Of a stretch of DNA of 53,709 nucleotides, positions 38,486-49,104 are shown one piece after another. The stretch spans positions 1-53,709 of the forward strand of contig JBNJFB010000012.1 of NCBI GenBank assembly GCA_051746405.1, written 5' to 3'. The notes under the pieces were generated by a model, which saw only the letters and a program-made list of their open reading frames with translations, was not told the DNA's origin and did not search any database. Positions within the stretch are counted from its first letter, which is position 1, and every line of letters starts with the position of its first letter. Both the position numbers and the translations under genes were made by a program. The stretch is from Campylobacterota bacterium (GTDB lineage Bacteria > Campylobacterota > Campylobacteria > Campylobacterales > Arcobacteraceae).

Positions 38486-41306
38486 GAACTATTTTTTTAC
38501 ATTAGCAGGTATTGTTTTTATTCTACTTTTAATGCTATTTGTATATTTATTTAAAATTGAAGGAAGTATTAAAAATTTTGATAAATATAAAAATAGTCTT
38601 GTAAACTTAAGACTTATGGATAAAAATTTTCAAAGCTTTTTTTATCAAAGAAATAAATTAATAAATTTTGATGGAATAGTTAGTGATACTGAAAGTTTTG
38701 AAAAAAATCTTGAATTTTTAATTAATAGTAATATCAAAAAAGATTTTGGAACTTTATTTATAGAGGATTTAAATGAGATTCAAACTCTTTATGAGCAAAA
38801 ATTATCATTAATTGAGGATTTTAAGTCAAATCATTCAACTACTTTAAACTCAATACACTATATCTTTGATTTAAACAACTCTATACAAAAAAATGACAAT
38901 ATAAACTTAAGGATTAAAAATATCATTAATCGTTTGGTTTTTAATGTTTTTCAAATATATATTGGAATAGATAGGGATTTTAAGTTTGTAAAGCAAAAGC
39001 TTGAAGAGTTAAAAAAATATAGAAATATACCTAGAATTGATTATATTTATTTACACATAAACAAAGTATTACAGCTTAATAATCAATCAAATAAGATTAA
39101 TAAAGAAGCTTCAAATATACTTCTTGAAGAGAAAATAGTTCAAACCTCTAATAAACTACAAATAGCTTATGATAAAGAGTTGTTTCACCAGCTTATAATT
39201 GCACTTCTATTTTTCTTTTTTGCTGTTACATTAATATATTTTGTTATTAAATCTTTTGTAAAAACACTTAAGATACAAAATGAACTGCAATCTTTTAAGT
39301 ATGCAGTACAACATAGTGATAACTCAATAGTTTTAACAGATGCTAAAAGAAATATCTTATATGTAAATGAGATTTTTGAGAGTAACTCTGGGTATTCAAA
39401 GGATGAAGTATTAGGAAATAAGCCTAAAGTTTTAAGTTCAGGCTTGACTCCAAACTCTAGCTATGAACAGTTAGACTATAATCTAAGAAAAGGCAAAAAG
39501 TGGGAAGGTGAGTTTATAAACCAACGAAAAGATGGCTCTATTTTCTATGAAAAAGCCTCTATTGTACCAATCTTTTTAGATGGAAAGATTATTAACTATC
39601 TTGCTTTAAAGCTTGATATTACTAAGTATATTAAACAACAAGAGGAGTTAAAAGAATCAGCAGTAGTTTTTGAAAATACTCAAGAGGGAATTTTAGTTAC
39701 AAATAAAGATGGAATAATCTTATCTGCAAATAAAGCGTTTGAGGAGATTTCAGGATATACAAAAGAAGAGTTAATAGGAACTAAACCAAATGTTTTAAAA
39801 TCATCTGAGCATGATAAGCAGTTTTATAAAAAAATGTTTAAAGAGCTAAATAAAAAGGGCTATTTTAAAGGTAAGGTTTATGATGAGGCTAAAGATGGTA
39901 CAAAAATACCAACATGGTTAAATATAACAGCTGTAAGAGATGAAAATCAAAAAATTATAAAATATATCTCAATACATACTAATCTACAAGAGATTATTGA
40001 TACACAAAAGAAAGCTGAGTTTTTAGCCTATTATGATAGCTTAACATCACTTCCAAATAGAGTGATGTTAGAGGAGCATTTAGAGCATGTATTAGAACTA
40101 TCCCAAAGAAATAAGTTTAATTTAGCTATTTTGTTTATTGATTTAGATAGATTTAAAATTATAAATGACACTTTAGGACATCAAGTAGGTGATGAGCTAA
40201 TAAAAGTTGTAGCTAAAAGAATTAAATCAGTTTTAAGAAGCAGTGATATGTTAGCACGTATGGGTGGTGATGAGTTTGTAGTTGTTTTAGAATCAGCAAA
40301 AAATAAAAACACAGCTGCCTTTGTTTGTAAAAAAATCTTAAATATAGTAAAACAAAGTATAGAAATTGGAGCATATAAACTTAATACAAGTGCAAGTATT
40401 GGTGTTGCTATGTATCCAAAAGATGGGAATGACTTACAAAAACTTGTAAGAAATGCAGATACAGCTATGTATCATGCAAAAGATCAAGGAAAGAATACTT
40501 TTGAGTATTATGATAAACAGTTATCAGATGATGTACATGAACAACTAGAAATTGAACAAGCATTTAAAGGTGCTTTAAGTAATAAAGAGTTTCATTTAAA
40601 TTATCAAGCTCAATACAATCTTGAAGATAGAAAAACTTATTCATATGAAGCACTTGTAAGATGGAATAGTAAGAAGTTAGGATTTGTATCCCCAGGTGTA
40701 TTTATACCAATAGCAGAAGATACAGGATATATCGTAAAGCTTGGAAAGTTTATTTTCAAAAAAGCATGTGAAGATTTTATAAAGCTAAAAAAGCTTAATA
40801 CAGATTTAAAATATATAGCAATAAATATCTCTAGTATTCAATTTAAAGATGAAAACTTTGTAAATGATATAAAAAATATAATCAAAGAGGTTGGAATAGA
40901 GGCTAAAAATATTGAAATAGAGATTACTGAAAGATATATTATGGAGTTTAGTGACTCAAATATGAATACCTTGTATGAGCTTAGAAAACTAGGCTTTAGA
41001 ATGTCTATTGATGATTTTGGAACAGGATACTCTTCTATGAGCTATTTAACAAAACTACCTGTTGATGTTATTAAAGTAGATAAAGCTTTTGTAGACTATT
41101 TACCTGATGATAACAACAATCTTCAAATAACAAAAGCCATAATAGTATTAGCTAAAAGTTTGGGGTATTATACCGTTGCAGAGGGTATTGAACATGAAAA
41201 GCAAGAGAAGTGCTTAAAAGAGCTTGGATGTGATATAGGTCAAGGATATTTTTATGCTAAACCTCAAAGTTATGAGAAGATAGTAGAAGATTATAAAAAG
41301 AGCTAA
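38466..41306 (+). CDS. Membrane PAS-PAS-GGDEF-EAL c-di-GMP enzyme with an all-helical periplasmic sensor (DAHL-like)
   Basis: Two TM helices, two PAS/PAC repeats, MGGDEF, YEALVRW, IDDFGTGYSS; start overlaps the peroxidase gene. Confidence 0.9.
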   Translation: MYSKKSENYFFTLAGIVFILLLMLFVYLFKIEGSIKNFDKYKNSLVNLRLMDKNFQSFFYQRNKLINFDGIVSDTESFEKNLEFLINSNIKKDFGTLFIEDLNEIQTLYEQKLSLIEDFKSNHSTTLNSIHYIFDLNNSIQKNDNINLRIKNIINRLVFNVFQIYIGIDRDFKFVKQKLEELKKYRNIPRIDYIYLHINKVLQLNNQSNKINKEASNILLEEKIVQTSNKLQIAYDKELFHQLIIALLFFFFAVTLIYFVIKSFVKTLKIQNELQSFKYAVQHSDNSIVLTDAKRNILYVNEIFESNSGYSKDEVLGNKPKVLSSGLTPNSSYEQLDYNLRKGKKWEGEFINQRKDGSIFYEKASIVPIFLDGKIINYLALKLDITKYIKQQEELKESAVVFENTQEGILVTNKDGIILSANKAFEEISGYTKEELIGTKPNVLKSSEHDKQFYKKMFKELNKKGYFKGKVYDEAKDGTKIPTWLNITAVRDENQKIIKYISIHTNLQEIIDTQKKAEFLAYYDSLTSLPNRVMLEEHLEHVLELSQRNKFNLAILFIDLDRFKIINDTLGHQVGDELIKVVAKRIKSVLRSSDMLARMGGDEFVVVLESAKNKNTAAFVCKKILNIVKQSIEIGAYKLNTSASIGVAMYPKDGNDLQKLVRNADTAMYHAKDQGKNTFEYYDKQLSDDVHEQLEIEQAFKGALSNKEFHLNYQAQYNLEDRKTYSYEALVRWNSKKLGFVSPGVFIPIAEDTGYIVKLGKFIFKKACEDFIKLKKLNTDLKYIAINISSIQFKDENFVNDIKNIIKEVGIEAKNIEIEITERYIMEFSDSNMNTLYELRKLGFRMSIDDFGTGYSSMSYLTKLPVDVIKVDKAFVDYLPDDNNNLQITKAIIVLAKSLGYYTVAEGIEHEKQEKCLKELGCDIGQGYFYAKPQSYEKIVEDYKKS

Positions 41307-41315
41307 AAAAAGAGT

Positions 41316-41585
41316 TTACTCCTCTTTTTTTGTTATAGCTTGGTCTGATTTATTAAAACAGAACATCCCCATTTTTTCATTTGTAAATGTCATAATACAA
41401 CTACTTCCAGGGTCACTTAATGGAGTGAACTCATAAACTCTTACATTATACCCCTCTGTTTCTATATTATATTTCACATCTGGATCAACAGTTTTATTTG
41501 TCCAACTTTTTAGTTGTGACCAACTTATAGCAAGTGAACTAGTTGTAGTAAATAAAACTAAGCAAGTAGCTAAAATTTTAAACAT
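41316..41585 (-). CDS. Small exported hypothetical protein
   Basis: Signal peptide, two Cys, AAGGA RBS. Confidence 0.65.
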   Translation of the reverse strand: MFKILATCLVLFTTTSSLAISWSQLKSWTNKTVDPDVKYNIETEGYNVRVYEFTPLSDPGSSCIMTFTNEKMGMFCFNKSDQAITKKEE

Positions 41586-41685
41586 ATAAATCCTTTAAAG
41601 TTTTGTATCAATTGTTTTTTATATTATAATCAATATACTTAAAAACAAACTAACATCAAAAAGAAAAAAAGAAAAAAGGAAATCA

Positions 41686-43356
41686 ATGCAAACTCATGAA
41701 ATAGAAAATAGTGAAAACTTTGAGTTATTAAAAAAAGTTATGGATTATAACTCTATTGATAAGTTTGATATAGGAAATAGTAAACTCTCACTTATGTCAA
41801 CACATCCTTTTATCTATTTAAAAGGTACCTCCCAAAGGTTTTTTGATATATTTTTTGAATCACTTCAATATAACTTTTTTGATTTTAAAAATGTATTTAA
41901 AGATAAAAATCTCATAACTGCTTGTACAGCCAATGCACACCTGGCAAATTTTGGTTTTACAGGATATGATAGTAGGTTTATTATAAATGATTTTGACAGG
42001 TATTTAAAAGGAAATCCTTTTATGGATATACTTAGATACACTTCAAGCTTAAAGTTATTTGTAGATGATATTAACCACAAAAATCCTCAAAATAGTTTGG
42101 AATTTGAAGAGTTGGAAAATAGTTTTTTTAAACACTATTTTAATGCAATTAAAAAAGAGCAAAAGCTTAAACTTCCAAAGGACTCAAGTTTTTATAAGTT
42201 TTATAAAAAATCTAAACAAAAATATGAAAAAAAGAGTCAACTTAACAAATATACAAAACTAACTAATGAGCAAACAAGAGTTTTTAATTTTGACAATAAG
42301 AGTATTATTGACTTTAGTGATAAAAAAAAGCAGAAGATTAAAGCAAAAATTAAAAAAGTAGTTAGAAAAGATATGTTAATAAAAGATGTAGTTAGAAAAA
42401 AAACTACAGATATTCAAAGTAGCCACTTAAATAGATACTATATACTAATTCAAAAAGGCTTTCAAAAAGAGTATGAGCTTTTAGAGATGAAAGAGCAACA
42501 AAAAGCTGTTAGGTTGAACTTTGTAGATGAGTTTAAAAACTTTTTTGATATAGATTTAAGTGAGTATATAGATAAAAAACCTGCAAAGTTACATGAAAAA
42601 AATATAAATTTAATCCTATCAAAAAAGTTTGATAAAAATTTAGCTAGTCTATCTTATAAAGAGAAGTCATATCTACTAAAAACTGATTTTGATAGTAAGC
42701 AAAGTTTTGATGAAGTTAATATTTTTAAGTACTTAAAAGAGTATATTAAGTTTACAGCAATATCATTAGCAAACTTGCATATTGAAGGACTAAAGGTGCA
42801 AATACCAAACTTTAGTGAGAATAAAACACATCTAAAAGAGTATAAAAAAATTAAAAAAAACTTTCAAAACTCTATGGCAAAATATGAAGATAATAAAAAT
42901 CTCTTATACACTGTTAAAAGTATGAGTAAAAGCCTTTCTAGTTTGATTTTTGAAGATTATTTGCTTTTTACAAAGCAGTATAATCAATATAGTGGATATA
43001 TAAAAGGGAGAATATTATCAAAGCTTGAAGAGTTAAAAGAGCTAGAACCACAAGAGTTAAAAGGTATATTAAAAGAGATTATAAATACAAATGAGTATTT
43101 AACTCTTTTAAAATCAAATCAAAATGAGATATATAGAAAAATATATAACTTGATAGATAATGAAAAGTATAAGGTTAATAATAAAACATTAATAGAGTAC
43201 TATATCATATCTGATGTCAAAGAGCAGTTTTTGGCTATTGTTTACCTATATTTACAAAAACAAAAGCCCTTTGAAACCTTGCAGTATAGAACTAAAAAAG
43301 CTACTGAGTTTAATAATGAGCTAGAAGAGTTAAAAAAATTTAAACAAGTTTTTTAA
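41686..43356 (+). CDS. DUF2252-like (kinase-fold) protein, divergent
   Basis: PFIYLKGT, ANAHLANFG, INDFD...MDILRY echo the DUF2252 motifs PF.F.RG, GD.H..NFG and NDFDE. Confidence 0.6.
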   Translation: MQTHEIENSENFELLKKVMDYNSIDKFDIGNSKLSLMSTHPFIYLKGTSQRFFDIFFESLQYNFFDFKNVFKDKNLITACTANAHLANFGFTGYDSRFIINDFDRYLKGNPFMDILRYTSSLKLFVDDINHKNPQNSLEFEELENSFFKHYFNAIKKEQKLKLPKDSSFYKFYKKSKQKYEKKSQLNKYTKLTNEQTRVFNFDNKSIIDFSDKKKQKIKAKIKKVVRKDMLIKDVVRKKTTDIQSSHLNRYYILIQKGFQKEYELLEMKEQQKAVRLNFVDEFKNFFDIDLSEYIDKKPAKLHEKNINLILSKKFDKNLASLSYKEKSYLLKTDFDSKQSFDEVNIFKYLKEYIKFTAISLANLHIEGLKVQIPNFSENKTHLKEYKKIKKNFQNSMAKYEDNKNLLYTVKSMSKSLSSLIFEDYLLFTKQYNQYSGYIKGRILSKLEELKELEPQELKGILKEIINTNEYLTLLKSNQNEIYRKIYNLIDNEKYKVNNKTLIEYYIISDVKEQFLAIVYLYLQKQKPFETLQYRTKKATEFNNELEELKKFKQVF

Positions 43357-43382
43357 TCAAGTAGGATTTTTACTTGATTAAA
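43352..43382. terminator. Hairpin between convergent genes
   Basis: tttaatcaagta...tacttgattaaa 12-bp inverted repeat. Confidence 0.6.
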
Positions 43383-44322
43383 CCCAGCCTTTTTTCTTGA
43401 AGATATAAATAGGAGTAACAGCTGATAAAACCATAAGTATAATTGCAAAAGGGTAACCATAGTCCCATTGAAGCTCAGGTAAAATCTCAAAGTTCATACC
43501 ATAAATACTTGCAATAAGAGTTGGTGGAAGAAACACAACATTTACAATAGAAAACATTTTTATGACTTTGTTTTGTTCAATACTTAAAACACCCACAAAA
43601 ATATTTTGAAGATATTCAAGTCTTTCAAAATTAAACTGGGTGTAATCAACAAGTGACCTAACATCTTTTATCATTACTTGAAGCTCATCTTGAAGCTCAT
43701 CTTTTAAATTTATTGATTTTAATAAAGCACTTAAAATTCTCTGTTTGTCTGTAATATTTTCTCTTATTTTCATATTTAAATCTTCATAAGAGGATATTTT
43801 GCCTAAAATCAACTCTTCTTTGTTTTTATGGTCTGTAAAAACCATTTTTCTTAATTTTGAAATATCTTTTGAAAGCTCTTCAATTGCATCCGCATCCGCA
43901 TCTATTCTTATATCTAAAATATTACTTAAAACATCGCTACCATCTTTAAATATTTTTGTTGAAACTAAATACTTTTTCTCTATCTCATCAAAAGTTTCAA
44001 GATGTTCATATCTAACAGAAAATAGTAAATCATTCTTTAGTATAAAAGAGACAGTTTCATTTTTTGTTAGTTTTTCATTTGTTACTAAAAAGTAGCTATT
44101 AATCTCTATTTTCTTATCTGTTTCCCAATATCTTGAGCTTATTTCAATCTCTTCACTCTCTTGCTTTGTGGGAAATTTAATATCAAATGTCTCTTGTACA
44201 AAAGATATCTCTTTTGTGCTAGGTGAGTACATATCAATCCAGATTACATCACTAATCTTGGAAGTATCAATCTCATCTATACTTTTATAGCTTTTTTTAT
44301 CTCTTAAGTAAAATTTAACCAT
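43378..44322 (-). CDS. corA: Magnesium/cobalt transporter CorA
   Basis: FLPPTLIASIYGMNF signature, PEL.W.YGYP. Confidence 0.93.
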   Translation of the reverse strand: MVKFYLRDKKSYKSIDEIDTSKISDVIWIDMYSPSTKEISFVQETFDIKFPTKQESEEIEISSRYWETDKKIEINSYFLVTNEKLTKNETVSFILKNDLLFSVRYEHLETFDEIEKKYLVSTKIFKDGSDVLSNILDIRIDADADAIEELSKDISKLRKMVFTDHKNKEELILGKISSYEDLNMKIRENITDKQRILSALLKSINLKDELQDELQVMIKDVRSLVDYTQFNFERLEYLQNIFVGVLSIEQNKVIKMFSIVNVVFLPPTLIASIYGMNFEILPELQWDYGYPFAIILMVLSAVTPIYIFKKKGWV

Positions 44323-44387
44323 TTATAACTCTTTTTTGTAGTATTGCTAATATTATATTTAAAATAGTCTTAGTTTGGTATCTTATA

Positions 44388-44401
44388 TTGATTTATGTCA
44401 A
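44388..44401. promoter_or_regulatory. Crp/Fnr-family binding site-like palindrome
   Basis: TTGATTTATGTCAA (TTGA-N6-TCAA) within tattga...tcaata. Confidence 0.45.
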
Positions 44402-44460
44402 TACCTTTTAGCACTTTTTATGCAAAAATAATAAAAATATGTTAGCCAAAAGGATTTACT

Positions 44461-44544
44461 ATGAAAGAAGACACAAAGTTTTTAGCAATGTGTATGTTTT
44501 TGTATCCAACTTTTTGTTTTATGTATTTAGTAATTTTTATATAA
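44461..44544 (+). CDS. Putative 27-aa single-TM small protein MKEDTKFLAMCMFLYPTFCFMYLVIFI (below the ORF-track cutoff)
   Basis: AAGGA RBS 6 nt before ATG; charged N-terminus plus hydrophobic helix. Confidence 0.5.
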   Translation: MKEDTKFLAMCMFLYPTFCFMYLVIFI

Positions 44545-44566
44545 ATCACTAAATACAAGTTTAAAA

Positions 44567-47035
44567 TCACTCCCCAAAAAGAACATTCTCTTTTTCATGT
44601 ATGATTTTAGATGTGAAGAGGTTTACAACTAAAATAGTTAATACTGGGATTAATAAAAAGTAAAGTAGCAGTATATCTGCTCTAAAATCCCAGTATGATT
44701 CAAAAAGCAGACTACTTATAAAGTATGAGCCAACACTACCTAAAGCTATTCCTATAATACTTGCACTAAATGTTATAAGTCCAAACTCTAATAAAAATGA
44801 GTTTTTAATAGTTTTGTTTTTAACTCCTATCATTTTAAGTCTAAGTATATTATTTTTTTGTAGATTCATCTGATACTGTATGATAATAAAACTCATAAGC
44901 AAACCAATAGTTACAGAGTACAAACTCATATTTTCAGTAATAGCTGTCACATCTTTTACAACTGTAGCAAAGGACTCAAATAGACTCTTTACATCTATAA
45001 CAGTTAAACTTGGAAATTTATCAGTTAGATTAAGAAGCATTTTTGAAGCATTATAATCACCTGTTGAGATAGTTGCTAGCATAGTTTTTGGAGCGTCATT
45101 TATAGCCTCATCTTGAAGTAATAAAAAGAAGTTTGGTGTAAATTTAGTCCATTTTACTGTTCTTATATTTACTACCTTTGCAGTTAATTCTAATCCAAGC
45201 ACATCAAATACTACTTTATCGCCTAAGCTTAAATCTCTTCTTGAGGCATATCTTTTCTCAACACTTAGCTCAATTGGTTTTGAAAAATCAGGTGAATCAT
45301 ATACTCCACTAAACTTTTCTCCTTGAATTATCTCTTCACTTGGTTTTAAGTTATTTCTATATGATAGATTTACTGCTGCATCTTTAGAGTTTTCATCTTT
45401 TTTTGTTTGCTCTTTTCCATTTATTTTCACTATTCTAGCTCTAACCATAGGAGCGATATTCTCTAGTCTTGCACCCATACTCTCAACTTCTTTTCTTATG
45501 TCATCTAGTTGCTCTTGCTTTGCATCTACTATGAAAAATCTAGGTTTATCTTGTACACTTTTTGTTAAAACATTTGATAGTGATGAACCAACTTGTGGTA
45601 TCAAACTAAAAAATGCAGTACAAAGTAAAATTGCAGTAAATAGTGTAAGAGATGTTCTTTTTTGTCTAGTGATGTTTTTAAGGGCAAGTGATAAGGATAG
45701 ACTATTTAAGTGTCCCGAAAAGTCAAACTTTTTTAGTAAAAAAGAGCCAATAATAAAAAGAAATGCAATAATACCAAGTACACTAAGTGCAAAGAAAAAG
45801 CCTATATTCTTTGCAGGTGTTACAAAATGTGAAAGCATAAGTAAAAAGCCTACAAAAGGTATAAAGCTTAAAACTACTTTTGATAGTTTTCTTTTTTGTT
45901 TTTGAACAAGTGGTAGTATCAAAGGAAGTCCAATAGACAAACTTAGTACAAAAAGAACTACAGCAGATTTTATAAAAAACATATAATCAAGATTAAAATC
46001 AAAACTAAAATCTATAAACTTTTGAACAAATGGTCCTAAAAACTGTGCAGTTACTGTTATAAATGAGAATACTAAAATAGTGGCAATACTTATTAGTACA
46101 AAAAGATGAAGCAAATAAGTGAAGATTAGATTTTTTTTGCTAACACCTATATCACTTAGTACTGTAATATCTTTTTGATGCTTTCTTAAAAAGCCTGAGT
46201 ATAGGTATATAAGACCAACAAGTCCTAAGAAAAATGAGATTAAAGATACTAGTGATAAGAAGTTTGTTAGAAAGTTTAAAACTGCAATTAATCTATCTCT
46301 TCCATCATTTGGGGATAAAACTCTTAGTGTTCTATCAAGGTTTTCTTCTATTTTCTCTTCAAGTTGTTCTAACTTTTCATTGCTTAGACTCTGTTCAAAA
46401 AGGTAGTTTAGTTTATATCTTGCAGTTGAACCAAACTTTAGAAGCTCACTTCTTTTAAGTCCTTTAGGGCTTAGGTAAACCTTTGGCATAAAGCCACTAA
46501 AGCTTATGTTTTTTAGACTATCCTCTTTGATGATTTTTACTATGGTGTAGTTTTTACTTCCTATTTTAAGAGTGCTTCCAAGACTTAATCCAAGTAAATC
46601 AATGACCTCTTGATATACCCATGCTTCATTTTCTTTTGGTAAAGCCTGTTTTTGCGGATAGGTTGAGTTATCATTAAAAACCAAACCTCCATAGTATGGA
46701 AAGCCTTTATTTAGCTGTACAAGCTCCATAAGTCTTGCTCTTTTTTCTGATGAGACCATACTAACAGTAGAGATTACTTCATCATAGTTTTTTATTTGTG
46801 GAAGTCTGTTTTTTATTTGTTCCTTTTGTGTATCATTTATTGGAAACCTTGAAGATATAACTAAATCTGCACCTAATAGAGTTTTAGCTTTTTCATCAAG
46901 AGAGTTATCAATACTACCTTTAAAAAACTGTAAATATGAAAGCGATGCAATAGCTAAACAGAAGTTTAATATAAATATAAAACTAAAAGATTTTGACCTT
47001 TTTAAGGCTTTTAAAACAAGCTCTATTACTAACAT
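44567..47035 (-). CDS. ABC transporter permease (FtsX/YbbP-like)
   Basis: Two FtsX-like halves, LLGADLVI, FPYYG, PNFF; operon with ATPase and TesA. Confidence 0.85.
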   Translation of the reverse strand: MLVIELVLKALKRSKSFSFIFILNFCLAIASLSYLQFFKGSIDNSLDEKAKTLLGADLVISSRFPINDTQKEQIKNRLPQIKNYDEVISTVSMVSSEKRARLMELVQLNKGFPYYGGLVFNDNSTYPQKQALPKENEAWVYQEVIDLLGLSLGSTLKIGSKNYTIVKIIKEDSLKNISFSGFMPKVYLSPKGLKRSELLKFGSTARYKLNYLFEQSLSNEKLEQLEEKIEENLDRTLRVLSPNDGRDRLIAVLNFLTNFLSLVSLISFFLGLVGLIYLYSGFLRKHQKDITVLSDIGVSKKNLIFTYLLHLFVLISIATILVFSFITVTAQFLGPFVQKFIDFSFDFNLDYMFFIKSAVVLFVLSLSIGLPLILPLVQKQKRKLSKVVLSFIPFVGFLLMLSHFVTPAKNIGFFFALSVLGIIAFLFIIGSFLLKKFDFSGHLNSLSLSLALKNITRQKRTSLTLFTAILLCTAFFSLIPQVGSSLSNVLTKSVQDKPRFFIVDAKQEQLDDIRKEVESMGARLENIAPMVRARIVKINGKEQTKKDENSKDAAVNLSYRNNLKPSEEIIQGEKFSGVYDSPDFSKPIELSVEKRYASRRDLSLGDKVVFDVLGLELTAKVVNIRTVKWTKFTPNFFLLLQDEAINDAPKTMLATISTGDYNASKMLLNLTDKFPSLTVIDVKSLFESFATVVKDVTAITENMSLYSVTIGLLMSFIIIQYQMNLQKNNILRLKMIGVKNKTIKNSFLLEFGLITFSASIIGIALGSVGSYFISSLLFESYWDFRADILLLYFLLIPVLTILVVNLFTSKIIHEKENVLFGE

Positions 47036-47691
47036 TTTCTTAGATTTCCTGATTTTAGTTCATATGTCTGCTCACATCTTGAAGCCACATCTTTTGAGTG
47101 TGTCACTAAAATCAAAGTTGTTTTATTTTCATTGATTAATTCAAAAAGTTTATCCATAACTGCATTGCCAGTTTCATCATCTAAGTTTCCACTTGGCTCA
47201 TCTGCTAAAATCACTTTTGGATTATGAATCAAAGCTCTTGCTATTGCAACTCTTTGTTTTTCACCTCCACTAAGCTGTGATGGTAAATGATCTAGTCTAT
47301 GATCTAAGCCTACACTTTTTAGAAGTTCATAAGCCTTTTCTTTTGGGTTTTTTATGCCACAAACCTTTGCTGGAAGCATCACATTTTCTAAGGCATTTAA
47401 GTATGAAACTAGATGAAAATTTTGAAAAATAAAACCAATTTTTGAAGCCCTAAAGTCATTTATCTGCTCTTCTTTCATATCTTTATATGAAACCCCATCA
47501 AGTAAAATATCGCCTTTAGTTGGCTTTATTATTCCTGATATTAGTGAAAGCAAAGTTGACTTACCACTTCCTGATTTTCCCATAATTGCTACTTTTGAAG
47601 CCTCTTTTACATGAAAATTTAAGTCTTCATATATTTTCACATCTTGTGTACCTTGGGTATATGATTTTTTTAGTGATTTTATTTGTAGCAT
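47029..47691 (-). CDS. ABC transporter ATP-binding protein (YbbA/LolD-like)
   Basis: GKSGSGKS, LSGGEKQR, ILADEPSGNLD, VTH. Confidence 0.93.
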   Translation of the reverse strand: MLQIKSLKKSYTQGTQDVKIYEDLNFHVKEASKVAIMGKSGSGKSTLLSLISGIIKPTKGDILLDGVSYKDMKEEQINDFRASKIGFIFQNFHLVSYLNALENVMLPAKVCGIKNPKEKAYELLKSVGLDHRLDHLPSQLSGGEKQRVAIARALIHNPKVILADEPSGNLDDETGNAVMDKLFELINENKTTLILVTHSKDVASRCEQTYELKSGNLRKC

Positions 47692-48299
47692 TATAACTCT
47701 TCCTTTAGAAACTTGAATACTTCTTTTGCTATTACTTTATGACCTTTTGCGTTTGGATGAATACCATCTGCTTGATTTAACTCTTGAACTCCCGCAACAC
47801 CTTTTAATAAAAATGGCATAAATCTAAGATTGTACTTATTTTTTATTTCAAGATACATTTTTTCAAACTTCTTTGAATACTTAGGACCATAGTTTGGAGG
47901 TATAAGCATACCTGTAAGTACTACTTTTGCATTGGCTTTTAAAGCATGGTTTATTATCTCTTCTAAGTTTTTTTGACTTTGAGTTAGATTTAAACCCCTT
48001 AAGCCATCATTTGCTCCAAGAGCTACAAAAACTATATCAGGTTTTTTTCTCATATACCACTTAAGCCTTGATAAGCCATCACTTGTCGTAGAGCCACTAA
48101 CTCCACCATTTATAACATTTATATCTTTTTTCAATTTCTCTTTTGCTAAATCTTGTACTAAATGTACATAGGCCTCTTGTTTTGATACTCCCAGACCCTC
48201 AGTTAGTGAATCTCCTAAAAATAGGATAGTTTTAGTACTTGTATTTGCTAATAAAATTTGTAGTGTAATCGTACATAGGATAAAAATTATCTTTTTCAT
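47691..48299 (-). CDS. tesA: Arylesterase / acyl-CoA thioesterase I (SGNH-GDSL)
   Basis: FLGDSL, GVSGSTT, LGANDGLRG, PPNYG, DGIHPN. Confidence 0.88.
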   Translation of the reverse strand: MKKIIFILCTITLQILLANTSTKTILFLGDSLTEGLGVSKQEAYVHLVQDLAKEKLKKDINVINGGVSGSTTSDGLSRLKWYMRKKPDIVFVALGANDGLRGLNLTQSQKNLEEIINHALKANAKVVLTGMLIPPNYGPKYSKKFEKMYLEIKNKYNLRFMPFLLKGVAGVQELNQADGIHPNAKGHKVIAKEVFKFLKEEL

Positions 48300-48383
48300 G
48301 ATGGAATATTAACACAATATGTTTGGTAAGTCCATTATATGAAAAAATATCAATACAAATACTTTCTCATAATGTTCCTGATT

Positions 48384-48419
48384 ATAATAAGTTATTTTGA
48401 ATAGTTTTGATAAAATAAA
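48384..48419 (+). repeat. Repeat A copy 1 (36-bp promoter-like core)
   Basis: ataataagttattttgaatagttttgataaaataaa, identical to the cores at 49148 and 50404. Confidence 0.9.
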
Positions 48420-48451
48420 TCAAGATAATCCAAGTCTTATCTGTCTAAAGT

Positions 48452-48979
48452 ATGTTTTATAATAAATACTGGAGTGGTATCTATAATATTGACCCTGCAA
48501 AACTAGATAAACTCAAAAAAATCATCTATATGCTTTGTAGTTCAAAACCATATGAGCTCAATATCTCAAAAATAAGTTCTGCTGTTGGAGCTTCATGGCC
48601 AACACTTCAAAAATATTTAGAGCGAATGGACGCTGGAAGTCTTATCCATATAGTAAGAGGTGCAGTTGGGATGAGGGCAGTTAATCGCCCTGACAAACTT
48701 TTACTTGATAATCCAAATCTTTTTACAGTACTTTGTGCAAATAGTGACATAGGTGCAATAAGAGAAAGCTTTTTTGTATCACAAATTGAACTATCTCATC
48801 AAGTACATTATCATGATAAAGGTGACTTTATAGTTGATGATACCTTAGTGTTTGAAGTAGGTGGGGCAAATAAAGATGATAGTCAACTAAAGGGGCAAAA
48901 AGGTTATGTTATAGCAGATGATATAGAGGTGGGATTTGACAATAAAATACCACTTTGGCTTATGGGTTTTTTGTATTAG
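48452..48979 (+). pseudogene. C-terminal fragment of an AAA_14/DUF4143-type ATPase
   Basis: wHTH, KLLLDNPNL, GAIRESFF, GDFIVD..FEVGG, IPLWLMGFLY; Walker A/B N-terminal half absent. Confidence 0.7.
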
Positions 48980-49104
48980 GATGCAATTTGTATGATGAAA
49001 GTAAAGCATTGTACTATGGACCGTTTGAAGAGGTGGAAAAGTCTCAGATCAAAGCTGTAAGGCTTATAAGTAATAGAGGTAGTAGATGTTAGAATGCAAC
49101 TACT

